A DNA stretch of 64,000 nucleotides from the NCBI GenBank assembly GCA_021156175.1, contig JAJNBL010000003.1, forward strand, positions 115,897 to 179,896. The letters are read 5' to 3'. Made by a program: the position numbers and the translations under genes. Shown here one piece after another: positions 10,696 to 19,453 of this stretch. The notes under the pieces are model-generated. The model did no database searches. It was given only the letters and a program-made list of their open reading frames with translations, and was not told the DNA's origin. This DNA comes from Rickettsiales bacterium (GTDB lineage Bacteria > Pseudomonadota > Alphaproteobacteria > Rickettsiales > JAJNBL01). How positions within the stretch are numbered: position 1 is the stretch's first letter; each line of letters starts with the position of its first letter.

Positions 10696-11256
10696 ATGTT
10701 TATCCAAACTGAAACCACGCCGAATCCTGATGCGCTTAAATTTATTCCGGGGGTGGAAGTATTGCCCGGTGCTTCCCAAAATTTGCCGAAAGGGGATGCA
10801 AGCATCACGAATTATCCGCTTGCGGAGGCGCTACTCTCTTTAAAAGGTGTCGAGGGTGTATTCCTGGCCAGTGATTTTCTGACCGTTACCAAGGCTCCCG
10901 ATGCAGGTTGGGATGGTCTGAAAGCGCCAATTTTGACCACGATTATGGAACATTTCGTTGCGGGAAAACCGATGCTTTTGGAAGCCGGGCAGAAGTCAAA
11001 ATCCGCTGTTTCGGAAGACGACACGCCACTGGTTAAGCAGCTGAAAGAATTGATAGAAACGCGAGTTAGGCCTGCCGTTGCACAAGATGGGGGCGATATC
11101 GTATTCCATGGTTTTGATGAGAAAACTGGCGTCGTGCAGCTTGAAATGCACGGTTCCTGTTCGGGTTGCCCAAGCTCTACCGTGACCCTCAAGCATGGCA
11201 TTGAGAACCTGCTCAAGCATTATGTGCCAGAGGTGACGGCAGTAGAATCTGTTTAA
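10696..11256 (+). CDS. NifU/Nfu-family Fe-S cluster assembly protein (Nfu_N + NifU C-terminal domain)
   Basis: MFIQTETTPNPDALKFIPG is the canonical Nfu N-terminus. The C-terminal block is VRPAVAQDGGDIVFHGFD...LEMHGSCSGCPSS (CxxC). The ATG at 10696 has AGGGAG 6 nt upstream. Confidence 0.9.
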   Translation: MFIQTETTPNPDALKFIPGVEVLPGASQNLPKGDASITNYPLAEALLSLKGVEGVFLASDFLTVTKAPDAGWDGLKAPILTTIMEHFVAGKPMLLEAGQKSKSAVSEDDTPLVKQLKELIETRVRPAVAQDGGDIVFHGFDEKTGVVQLEMHGSCSGCPSSTVTLKHGIENLLKHYVPEVTAVESV

Positions 11257-11359
11257 GGCATTTCTCAAAAACGCGTTAGGGACGCATTTTAGGCTTGCCA
11301 GAAGCAGCCAAGTTGATTATGTTCCACTCCCTACCACCATTTAGGTGTTTTTAGACCGT

Positions 11360-11436
11360 GCACCCGTAGCTCAGCTGGATAGAGCATCTGACTACGAATC
11401 AGAAGGCCGGGCGTTCGAATCGCTCCGGGTGCACCA
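11360..11436 (+). tRNA. tRNA-Arg (anticodon ACG)
   Basis: Hand-folded cloverleaf: acceptor GCACCCG/CGGGTGC, D-arm GCTC-AGCTGGATA-GAGC, anticodon arm TCTGA-CTACGAA-TCAGA, T-arm with TTCGAAT loop, encoded CCA. Confidence 0.9.
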
Positions 11437-12038
11437 TTTTTGTCAAGAAACCCAATAGCGCTACAGCGCGGGTTTATTTATAAAAATAATGTAGTTGCGA
11501 TGAGAACTTGTTCGATCACGAGGCGAGCACGCCGAGAGACGGCGAAGCCAATCGCTCTCGCTGCACCATTGTTGATCTTTCAGGAATACGCCCAGCGGGG
11601 CGCCTGAAAAGTGAAAATAATCGCTTTCGCTCCACCTGTTTCTCCCCTTTAAGTTATGCTTACCACCCCAGTTTTTTAGAATTTTTCTATTATGTGTAAC
11701 TTACCCAAGGCAAAAAGCCTGTCCGGCAAGCTGAAAGTGCCGACGGACGCGTATTTTAAAATCTTTTTTATCTATCATGAAAATTCATTCGGCATTCATA
11801 TCTATATATTTCATAATGTAGGTATGTATATATTACAGTGGGTTGTGGTATTTCTGGTTATAAGCCTAATAGCTTGTCGCGCGCGATATCACTTTCAATT
11901 TTATTGTCAATAAAATTCTCTTATTCCAGAAAAAATAATTCTATTGCAGTTGGTTACGGCAATGTAATAATGACCCTCGGTTCAGCCATAGCGGGTGCTA
12001 TGGATGGAGTAACCAAGATATTCTTTTAGGAGTCTACA

Positions 12039-12335
12039 ATGAAAAAAGTTTTGACCGTTGCGTCTTTGGCACTTGCTGCTGTTGTTTCTACCTCTGCTAT
12101 CGCTGCTACCCCAGCTAAAGAAGCTGCTAAACCAGAAGCTGCTAAAGCTGCTGCTCCTGCTGCTTCTGCTGCTGCTCGCGTTATCGAACTTCAAAATGGT
12201 TCTAAAGCGAAAGTTGAAGGCGAGAACGTTTCTATCGAACAAGCTGATGGCTCTGCTAAACCAGCTCCAGATGGCGTTCACACTGCGAAAGATGGTCAAA
12301 CCATCACCACCAAAGGTGGCAAAATCGTTCAGTAG
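12039..12335 (+). CDS. small secreted Ala/Lys/Pro-rich protein
   Basis: AGGAG lies 6 nt upstream of the ATG. Signal peptide MKKVLTVASLALAAVVSTSAIA|A. The mature part reads TPAKEAAKPEAAKAAAPAASAAA followed by a short Gly/Lys-rich domain. A strong terminator follows. Confidence 0.75.
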   Translation: MKKVLTVASLALAAVVSTSAIAATPAKEAAKPEAAKAAAPAASAAARVIELQNGSKAKVEGENVSIEQADGSAKPAPDGVHTAKDGQTITTKGGKIVQ

Positions 12336-12380
12336 TTCATCTATGCCAAGCGGCATTTAAATGAATAAATGAATAAAAAA

Positions 12381-12416
12381 AGCGTTCCAGTCTTCGGACT
12401 GGGGCGCTTTTTCTTT
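12381..12416 (+). terminator. rho-independent terminator
   Basis: AGCGTTCCAGTC-TTCG-GACTGGGGCGCT forms a 12-bp stem with two G-U pairs and a TTCG loop, followed by TTTTTC. Confidence 0.8.
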
Positions 12417-12541
12417 GGCATATACATTATGATTAAGCGCGTAATAATGCACGCCCACTCAAGCGCAATGCGCGGGCGTAATACCTATAGAAATCCCGAT
12501 GGGGTTTGTGTGATAAAAAGGGTTCAAAGAAACGATTGCGT

Positions 12542-13171
12542 CTAGTGGTGCATCATCTTTTCTTTTAAATACCATGCGAGGAATGTCACAAGGGTAAGCG
12601 CGATGATGATAATTTCCAGCGTGCTGACGGTGCTGTTTCCGCGTTCGTAATTACGCTCGGCCATAAAGCCGATTTGAAGCAATATCCAGGTCCAAATAAT
12701 CCCGCCCAATCCCGTATACAGAATGAAAGGGCGCATTTTCATACGCGCAATCCCCGCGACAAAGGCAATATAATGCTTCACGCCTGGGAGTAATCGTCCA
12801 ATAAATACGGCAAGTTTTCCGTAGCGGGTGAAGAATCCTTCCGTTTTTGCAAGAAATTCGGGCTTAATGAAGACATATTTGCCAAAACGTAAAAGCAGCG
12901 TTCGTCCCAGATGCAGGCCAATCCAATAATTGATCCAAGAGCCAAGCAAGATGCCCAAGACGCCGCTTGCCAGCACTCCCCAATAATTCATGACTCCTTG
13001 CGCGGCCAGCATTCCTGCTGGGATCATAGTGATTTCAGCGGGAAGGGGGAGAAACATGCTCTCAACGGTAGTGGCAAGAAAGATGCCGATATACCCAAAG
13101 CGTTCAACAATTTGAAGGAGGTAGTCTGCCATGCACACATCATTCCAATATTTACGCCAATAATAAACCAT
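12542..13171 (-). CDS. DedA-family inner membrane protein
   Basis: FGYIGIFLATTVESMFLPLPAEITMIPAGMLAAQG and ARMKMRPFILYTGLGGIIW are typical DedA/SNARE-associated blocks. The start may be the internal ATG at 13132 (MADYLL...). Confidence 0.85.
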   Translation of the reverse strand: MVYYWRKYWNDVCMADYLLQIVERFGYIGIFLATTVESMFLPLPAEITMIPAGMLAAQGVMNYWGVLASGVLGILLGSWINYWIGLHLGRTLLLRFGKYVFIKPEFLAKTEGFFTRYGKLAVFIGRLLPGVKHYIAFVAGIARMKMRPFILYTGLGGIIWTWILLQIGFMAERNYERGNSTVSTLEIIIIALTLVTFLAWYLKEKMMHH

Positions 13172-13212
13172 AGCGGGTTTTATATTAAATTCCTATAAGA
13201 TTATCGGGGAAG

Positions 13213-14046
13213 CTAAAACAGTTGAAGGGTGTCGCCTTCTTTGGCGATGATGCCGTTTGGGAAAATGGATTTTAACGCTTCCGCGCGTGCATGGAGCGCC
13301 GCGTCGTCCATATGTGGGTCGTGGTGGAAATCGACAAGCTGTTTTACGCCGGCTTCCTTTGCCAGGCGGACGGCCTGTTGCCAGGTGGAATGACCCCAGC
13401 CTTGGAAGCGGGAAAAATTTTGATCGTCAAATGTGCAGTCATAAATGAACAGATCGGCGCCTTTAATAAAGGAGAGTATGGCAGGATCAAGTATCCCTTC
13501 CTGATGCTCTACATCGGTAATATAGCAAATTGATTTACCTTTATAATCAATTCGGTATCCGGTTGATCTGCCGGGATGGTTTAAGAGAAGGGTCGTGATT
13601 TTGATGCCGTGATTTTCGAATGCAGGATGCTGCAATGCTTCGCCCGCATGGAAATCATGGAAATGCAAATCCGCCTGAAGTTGCTCAAGCGTGATTGGAA
13701 AGAGGGGCAAGTGCATTAGGTTCCGGATGACGTCCTCCAGCCTATAATCGGGCAGTAGATTTCCGGCCCAAACGCGTACCGTGCGTCCCGATTTATAGAG
13801 TGGCCCAAAAAACGGAAAACCTTGAATGTGGTCGATGTGTAAGTGACTGAGAAGAATGTCGATTTCTTGGACATCGTTCAATTGTTCGCCTAACGGAAAA
13901 ATGCCAGTGCCGGCATCGAGGATGATCTGCTTTTCTCCGCAACGGACAGAAATACAGGAGGTGTTTCCTCCATAATGCCGGAAATCCTGCGATATCACCG
14001 GTACAGTGCCGCGTACGCCCCAAAAACTTATGTCACATTGGCTCAT
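13213..14046 (-). CDS. MBL-fold metallo-hydrolase (PhnP/class II phosphodiesterase-like)
   Basis: HxHxDH motif LSHLHIDHIQGFPFFGP, an N-terminal FWGVRGT...GGNTSC block and downstream His/Asp ligands (LLNHPGRSTGYR, DFHHDP). Confidence 0.8.
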   Translation of the reverse strand: MSQCDISFWGVRGTVPVISQDFRHYGGNTSCISVRCGEKQIILDAGTGIFPLGEQLNDVQEIDILLSHLHIDHIQGFPFFGPLYKSGRTVRVWAGNLLPDYRLEDVIRNLMHLPLFPITLEQLQADLHFHDFHAGEALQHPAFENHGIKITTLLLNHPGRSTGYRIDYKGKSICYITDVEHQEGILDPAILSFIKGADLFIYDCTFDDQNFSRFQGWGHSTWQQAVRLAKEAGVKQLVDFHHDPHMDDAALHARAEALKSIFPNGIIAKEGDTLQLF

Positions 14047-14134
14047 TTCGAGTTTATCCTACTGTTAAATGGTATTTTAAGGGTTGTGCGGTATAAATAG
14101 TATTAAGATTAGCAGAAAATTTAGCCAGGGTTCC

Positions 14135-14626
14135 ATGGCAAGCATTGAAACAAAACAATTTAAGGCAGGCGACGTTATCTTCAAAGAAGGAGATAAGGCG
14201 GATTGCATCTATTTTATGTTAAGCGGAAAAGTCAGTATTACGCGGAACCAGGGTGGGAAAACGGTGACGCTTGCGACGCTTGAAAAAGATGCAGTTTTTG
14301 GTGAAATGGCGCTGATTGATAATAAACCCCGTTCGGCGAATGTTATTGCGTTAGAAGATTCTGAGTGCCTGAAAGCAACCGAGTCGAATTTTACCGGAGT
14401 GCTTAGTAAATCAAATGCTGCGATTAAAACAGCGCTCAAAGAACTTTCGACAATTATTCGCGAAAAAAATGTGCTGAGCGGCGGCGATCTTCCGCCGGGA
14501 TTGCAGCAAAAAATCTCAATTTTTAAGAAAAATAGCCAAGGGAATATCGCGCTAGAAAAAAGTTTGCGTGAGGCAGAGCCATTGATTAGTAACGTTTATA
14601 GCTCATTATTTTCGTATCTGGGATAA
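14135..14626 (+). CDS. stand-alone cyclic-nucleotide-binding (CAP-effector) domain protein
   Basis: The cNMP-binding cassette is FKAGDVIFKEGDKADCIYFMLSGKVSITRN...LEKDAVFGEMALIDNKPRSANVIALEDSECL. I see no recognisable C-terminal HTH. I prefer the ATG at 14135 over the TTG at 14084. Confidence 0.75.
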   Translation: MASIETKQFKAGDVIFKEGDKADCIYFMLSGKVSITRNQGGKTVTLATLEKDAVFGEMALIDNKPRSANVIALEDSECLKATESNFTGVLSKSNAAIKTALKELSTIIREKNVLSGGDLPPGLQQKISIFKKNSQGNIALEKSLREAEPLISNVYSSLFSYLG

Positions 14627-14679
14627 CGTGTTTAAGCTCTGCTTGGCTATAAAACTATATTTTGTTGCCCCAGAAAATG

Positions 14680-15765
14680 TTAGCTCTTCATCCAATGCCG
14701 CTTATAGCGATTTCCTAGTCGGGTGAGCACTTCATAGCCAATGGTTCCGGCATCGGTCGCAAGGTCATCAACGGTGATATGTTGTCCCAGCAATTCCACT
14801 TCCGCCCCTTCATGACGAAGATTTTCAGGCACATTTGTAACATCGAGTGTGATGAGATCCATCGACACGCGACCAATCAAGGGGATGCGCGTTTTCCCGA
14901 GCAAGGCATAACCTTTATTACTTAAGGAACGGAAATAGCCGTCGGCATAACCTACAGGAATGGTTGCCACAACGCAACCAGGCTCCAAAATATGCGTTGC
15001 GCTGTATCCGATGCTCGTGCGCTTTGTGATGGTGCGCAGTTGTAAAATCCGCGATGTCAATGTCACCACGGGATGCATCGGGTTTAATTCTTCTGGCGTT
15101 GGGTTCACTCCATAAAGCGCAGAGCCGGGGCGGGTGAGGGCATGGTGGTACTCTTTTCCCAGATAAATCCCGGAAGAATTTGCAAGAGTTGCCTTTGTAT
15201 TTTTGAATAACTTACAGGCGGTTGCGAAGTGATCCTTCTGTTCTACATTAAGTGAATGTTTTGGCGTATCGGCGCACGCCAAGTGGCTCATGATGTAACG
15301 AATGTCGAGACCGGAGAGATCAAGATTCGTCAGTACGTCGTGTGAAAACCCAAGGCGCGACATGCCCGTATCCACATGCAAAATTGCCGGAAGTGCTTGC
15401 TCTTTATCTAGGGAAAAACGCCGCCACGCAGTTAATTGCGTTGCTGTATTGAGTACAGGGATCAGCCGATGTTCAAAAAATTCAGATTCTTGTCCGGGAT
15501 GCACTCCGTGGAAAACATAAAGCTCGCTATCGTTTGGCAAAGAAGGCCGAAGCTCTAATGCTTCATCCAGATGTGCGACGAAAAAATGGCGGCATCCCGC
15601 GTCATACAGTGTTTTTGCAACGGGTTGAGCACCGAGTCCGTAGGCATTCGCTTTGACGACAGCGCCGGTCGTAGCGCTTGGCGCTTTTGTGGCCAAAGCG
15701 CGATAATTTCCCTCAAGCGCGCTGAGGTTGATCGTCAATGTGGAATCAGAAAAATTCTGGGGCAT
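14680..15765 (-). CDS. alr: alanine racemase
   Basis: PLP-lysine motif AVVKANAYGLG, plus later blocks HVDTGMSRLG and GYADGY.R. Confidence 0.9.
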   Translation of the reverse strand: MPQNFSDSTLTINLSALEGNYRALATKAPSATTGAVVKANAYGLGAQPVAKTLYDAGCRHFFVAHLDEALELRPSLPNDSELYVFHGVHPGQESEFFEHRLIPVLNTATQLTAWRRFSLDKEQALPAILHVDTGMSRLGFSHDVLTNLDLSGLDIRYIMSHLACADTPKHSLNVEQKDHFATACKLFKNTKATLANSSGIYLGKEYHHALTRPGSALYGVNPTPEELNPMHPVVTLTSRILQLRTITKRTSIGYSATHILEPGCVVATIPVGYADGYFRSLSNKGYALLGKTRIPLIGRVSMDLITLDVTNVPENLRHEGAEVELLGQHITVDDLATDAGTIGYEVLTRLGNRYKRHWMKS

Positions 15766-15850
15766 AGCGTGTGGTCATCGGCTGTCAGGTTACCGCCGTT
15801 ACTCTATAAGGAAAAGCAGGAAACAGCAATGGGTTTGGTTTTGCTTTTTT

Positions 15851-16582
15851 TTAGGGCTTATTGATAATGACATTCCAGAGGCCATTAAGATATAAACCGC
15901 GTGCGAGGAGTTTACGCGCAACCATGAGTGTGATCATGAAGGTATCCCAAGCGGGGCGATAATAGCTTCGGCGTTGGATAACTTCTTTATAAAGTGCGCG
16001 AATTGGAATATTGACGACGCGGACTCCTTTCTTCGCTGCTTCAATCAGGATTTCACTTTCAAATACAAAGCCTTCATGTGGTTTTGCTGTGAGGTGAATT
16101 TGGCGCATCAATGTTGCTGGATAAAGTCGGAAGCCGCATTGGCTATCTTTAATGCGATAACCCGACGCCCAGGAGATCCAGAAATTCGCCATACGGTTCG
16201 CAAAGAGCCTGAGCGGTGGAATTTTTGTTACATCGTGAAGGCGTGAGCCAATAATGATATGATTCGGGTAGGTTTTTGCTTTTTCAAGGAAAAGTGGAAT
16301 ATCTTCTGGCCGGTGTTGTCCGTCAGCATCAAGCGTAATGATCGCTTCCGCTCCTTCGCGAAGTGCGTAATCTATGCCTTTGAGTAAGCTCGCGGCTTTG
16401 CCTTGATTCGGATGGTTATGCAGGACTTTTACATGCAAATCAACGAGCAATTGGGCCGTGTTATCCGTTGATCCATCATCTACGATAATGGTTTTAAGTG
16501 ATTGTTTTAATGCTGATTCAACAATTTCTCGGATGGTCGCTTCTTCATTGTAAGCAGGGATGACAACAATAACGCGTTCCAT
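15851..16582 (-). CDS. family 2 glycosyltransferase (polyprenyl-phosphate GT-like)
   Basis: VVIPAYNEEATI, DDGSTDNT, LDADGQH (DxD) and QCGFRLY. The start overlaps the upstream radical SAM stop. Confidence 0.85.
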   Translation of the reverse strand: MERVIVVIPAYNEEATIREIVESALKQSLKTIIVDDGSTDNTAQLLVDLHVKVLHNHPNQGKAASLLKGIDYALREGAEAIITLDADGQHRPEDIPLFLEKAKTYPNHIIIGSRLHDVTKIPPLRLFANRMANFWISWASGYRIKDSQCGFRLYPATLMRQIHLTAKPHEGFVFESEILIEAAKKGVRVVNIPIRALYKEVIQRRSYYRPAWDTFMITLMVARKLLARGLYLNGLWNVIINKP

Positions 16583-17556
16583 TATTTCGCTTCCATTTGT
16601 GCATGGGCAATCATCGCCCTTGTTTGTTCTAATTTTACAATATGACGCTCAGCATCGTAAATAACATAATCATGTGTATGGACTTCCGGGGTGTAATTCA
16701 CTGTCATAATATTCGCGCCTGCTTGCAAGCCCAAATATTGTCCGTAATTGAGGAAGGGCGATGCGGTTTGATCGACGAGGAGATTCAGCGCGCTAACGGA
16801 AGGCATTAGAAGATCGGGATACCTTAGTCGAATCTGTGCCATAATTCTTAATGTATCCACTAGTTCCGCTTTCCGCTCAGCCTTGAGTGGTGCTTGGGTA
16901 TTGGGGATAAAGGGGCTCACACTTGCGGCAAAAAGTGGGAGTTCTCCTAGCAAGGCAATGTCACGTTCGGTATCGGATTCATCCGTTCCCGGTAATCCAT
17001 AAATGAAGCCGGAACTAACTTCGTAACCGATTGCATCCAATTCTTCGATAAGTTTCAGGCGGTCAGCAAGCGTATTGTGCGGACGAAGGTTTTTATAGAG
17101 ATCCGCGTTGCTTGTTTCAAATTTTACAATGGCTTGGGTGGCGCCTGCGTTATAAAGATCGCGGTAGTGTTCAAGCGGGATGTCACCGATCACCAGTAAT
17201 ACGGTTCGGTCTAATTTTTCCCTTATAATTGAGACACTTTTACATAGATCATTAAAGTCATACTTTAAGTGATCCGCGGCTTGTAAGGAGACGACCGGAA
17301 TGTCATCTTTGGTAATGGTTTCGGAGATGCTTACAATTGCATCAGAATTAAGTTCGTAACGCGTTAACTCGTGGTTCAGCGCACGGATGCCGCAATAAGT
17401 ACAATTTCGATAACAGCGATTGGTATACTCAATCACTCCGCGCATATGGACGTGCTTCCCTAATCGCCGGTCGCGCAAACTCGCGGCTTCAGCAAAGAGC
17501 TTCGTATCCTCCGCAGAGAAAAGCGGAGCGTTAACGGGGAAGGGTGATGAAGTCAT
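16582..17556 (-). CDS. radical SAM protein, HydE/BioB/PylB-like subgroup
   Basis: CxxxCxxC cluster motif TNRCYRNCTYCGIR, very close to the HydE-type pattern (N.C.NNC.YCG.R). The TIM-barrel length is 324 aa. Confidence 0.8.
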   Translation of the reverse strand: MTSSPFPVNAPLFSAEDTKLFAEAASLRDRRLGKHVHMRGVIEYTNRCYRNCTYCGIRALNHELTRYELNSDAIVSISETITKDDIPVVSLQAADHLKYDFNDLCKSVSIIREKLDRTVLLVIGDIPLEHYRDLYNAGATQAIVKFETSNADLYKNLRPHNTLADRLKLIEELDAIGYEVSSGFIYGLPGTDESDTERDIALLGELPLFAASVSPFIPNTQAPLKAERKAELVDTLRIMAQIRLRYPDLLMPSVSALNLLVDQTASPFLNYGQYLGLQAGANIMTVNYTPEVHTHDYVIYDAERHIVKLEQTRAMIAHAQMEAK

Positions 17557-17564
17557 GGAACGCC

Positions 17565-18299
17565 TTACCGGACGCCTTCATATTCACTGAAAATGCCAAG
17601 CTGGACGCGGAGCTTAACATTTGTAAAACCTACCTTTTCCAGAAGCGCTGTCACGGTCTCAGATGGTACCATATTATCCATTGTTTCCCAATAATAGGCC
17701 ATCAGATAGCGCGCAGGTTCGCTGCCGGTAAAGATTTTTGTGAAGAAGGGGAGAATATGTTTAAAGTAGAGTTTCATGAAGATGTAGCCGACTTTACTTT
17801 TTGGCGTAGTTACATCTAATATCAATACTTTACCGCCTGATTTTAATGCGCGGTGATATTCACGGAACGCACCTTCTAAATCCTCCACATGGCGGAGCGC
17901 AAAGCCCATCGTGAGAAAATCATAGGCGTTGCTTTCCACGGGCATATCATTCGCAGTGGCTTGTATGTGCTTGCACTTTAATAGTTTTTCGGATTCCGCG
18001 ATCATCCCAGCACTTGGCTCTAAGCAGGTGATGAGTGAGGTATCTTGCACGATATCATGAATCGCGCGCGCGGTCGGGCCCGTGCCGGAAGCGACATCCA
18101 GCACCTTCATGCCAGGCGTTAGGCCGGCACGTTTCAGCGCTTCTTTCCGGTACCATTGGCCAGAACCAAACCAACCCCATTTCGCAATCCCTTCATAGTA
18201 AGGAGCGGCTTCGTCGAAAACTTTGCGCAAAAATGGCTGTTTTGCATCTTTTTCAGCGTAATGGGCAGCGAGTACGGGATGTGGTTCCATGTCCTTCAA
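17565..18299 (-). CDS. class I SAM-dependent methyltransferase, UbiE/COQ5-like
   Basis: SAM motif I VLDVASGTGPTA, a post-I acidic residue, and motif II/III region GGKVLILD. The N-terminal YY..IAKW.. region resembles the UbiE family. Confidence 0.8.
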   Translation of the reverse strand: MKDMEPHPVLAAHYAEKDAKQPFLRKVFDEAAPYYEGIAKWGWFGSGQWYRKEALKRAGLTPGMKVLDVASGTGPTARAIHDIVQDTSLITCLEPSAGMIAESEKLLKCKHIQATANDMPVESNAYDFLTMGFALRHVEDLEGAFREYHRALKSGGKVLILDVTTPKSKVGYIFMKLYFKHILPFFTKIFTGSEPARYLMAYYWETMDNMVPSETVTALLEKVGFTNVKLRVQLGIFSEYEGVR

Positions 18300-18452
18300 A
18301 TCCTTTCATTTTTGGGTGAAATTCAGGCGGGCACTTTAGCATATTGAGGTATAGAGTGAAAGGGGAATATGCGCGGATTTTCCTTGTGGCGCTTGACCGT
18401 GAGAATATTTGGTACTACAACAGGTTACCTTGACTTTAATCAATAGGCAATT

Positions 18453-18911
18453 ATGGGACACGAAACACATATCACACAATTAGGCCAACAGACGCCACTG
18501 CCGAATTCTCCAGAGGAAGCGGTGTTGGAGGCGATCCCGAATCCGCATCCAGGGACGAATTATGTGGTGCGTTTTACCTGCCCGGAATTTACCTCGATTT
18601 GTCCTGTCACCGGCCAGCCGGATTTTGCGCATATCGTGATTGATTATATTCCGAATAAATTTTTGGTCGAAAGTAAGTCATTAAAGCTGTATCTTGGTTC
18701 TTTCAGAAATCACGGGGCGTTCCATGAAACCTGTACGGTGGATATTGCTAAGCGATTGGAAAAAGAGCTAAAACCGACCTGGTTAAGAATTGCGGGCTAT
18801 TGGTATCCGCGCGGCGGAATCCCGATTGATATTTTCTATCAAACGGGTGCGGCGCCGACAAGTGTTTGGATTCCTGAGACAGGCGTGGCGCCATATCGGG
18901 GCAGGGGATGA
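18453..18911 (+). CDS. queF: NADPH-dependent 7-cyano-7-deazaguanine (preQ0) reductase
   Basis: [27 protein letters not shown] and [20 protein letters not shown] are QueF signature blocks (catalytic Cys and the QueF motif). Confidence 0.92.
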   Translation: MGHETHITQLGQQTPLPNSPEEAVLEAIPNPHPGTNYVVRFTCPEFTSICPVTGQPDFAHIVIDYIPNKFLVESKSLKLYLGSFRNHGAFHETCTVDIAKRLEKELKPTWLRIAGYWYPRGGIPIDIFYQTGAAPTSVWIPETGVAPYRGRG

Positions 18912-18914
18912 GGC

Positions 18915-19343
18915 ATGAAACGCGAGCGCACCTATTTGGGTAAAAGTGAATTTTCGGCGGTCACGCGGGATATTGAAGTTTTTGTATTTTCAGAGTTTTT
19001 ATCCGCGAAGTCGGTGCCAGAAGAACATTATTATGTCTGGAGTTACCATATCGAGATTAAAAATCTCGGGAATCATACCGTTCAACTTCTTAATCGCTAT
19101 TGGAAGATCATTGATGCCAAGGGGCGGGTTCAAGAGGTTGTGGGGGCAGGGGTTGTTGGAAAACAGCCGCTAATTGCTCCCGGTGCGAAATTTGAATATC
19201 AAAGCGGAACGCAGCTCAATACACCGTCGGGCGTGATGCTCGGATGTTATGAAATGGGAATGAAAGGAAGTGCGGAGACATTTGGCGTCTCGATTCCAGC
19301 ATTTTCGTTGGATAGTCCGCATGAGAAGGGTGTGTTGAATTAA
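18915..19343 (+). CDS. apaG: ApaG (DUF525) protein
   Basis: YVWSYHIEIKNLGNHTVQLLNRYWKIIDAKGRVQEVVGAGVVGKQPLIAPGAKFEYQSG...G.M.G.Y.M matches the ApaG fold sequence pattern. Confidence 0.9.
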   Translation: MKRERTYLGKSEFSAVTRDIEVFVFSEFLSAKSVPEEHYYVWSYHIEIKNLGNHTVQLLNRYWKIIDAKGRVQEVVGAGVVGKQPLIAPGAKFEYQSGTQLNTPSGVMLGCYEMGMKGSAETFGVSIPAFSLDSPHEKGVLN

Positions 19344-19453
19344 TTCTTTTACTACTTAAAATTCCAAATAAATCATTTAATTACAGTTTGTTATTTCTTT
19401 TTCTGGTGCTTTATGATAGGTTAATCTTCTAAATTTTTAAAGAAGATATATTT

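Noticed and set aside
11982-12360. 124-aa minus-strand and 100-aa plus-strand ORFs overlapping the small secreted protein gene
   Set aside because: They are products of the GCTGCT codon periodicity (poly-Leu and poly-Ser frames). The frame with an RBS, signal peptide and terminator is 12039-12335.
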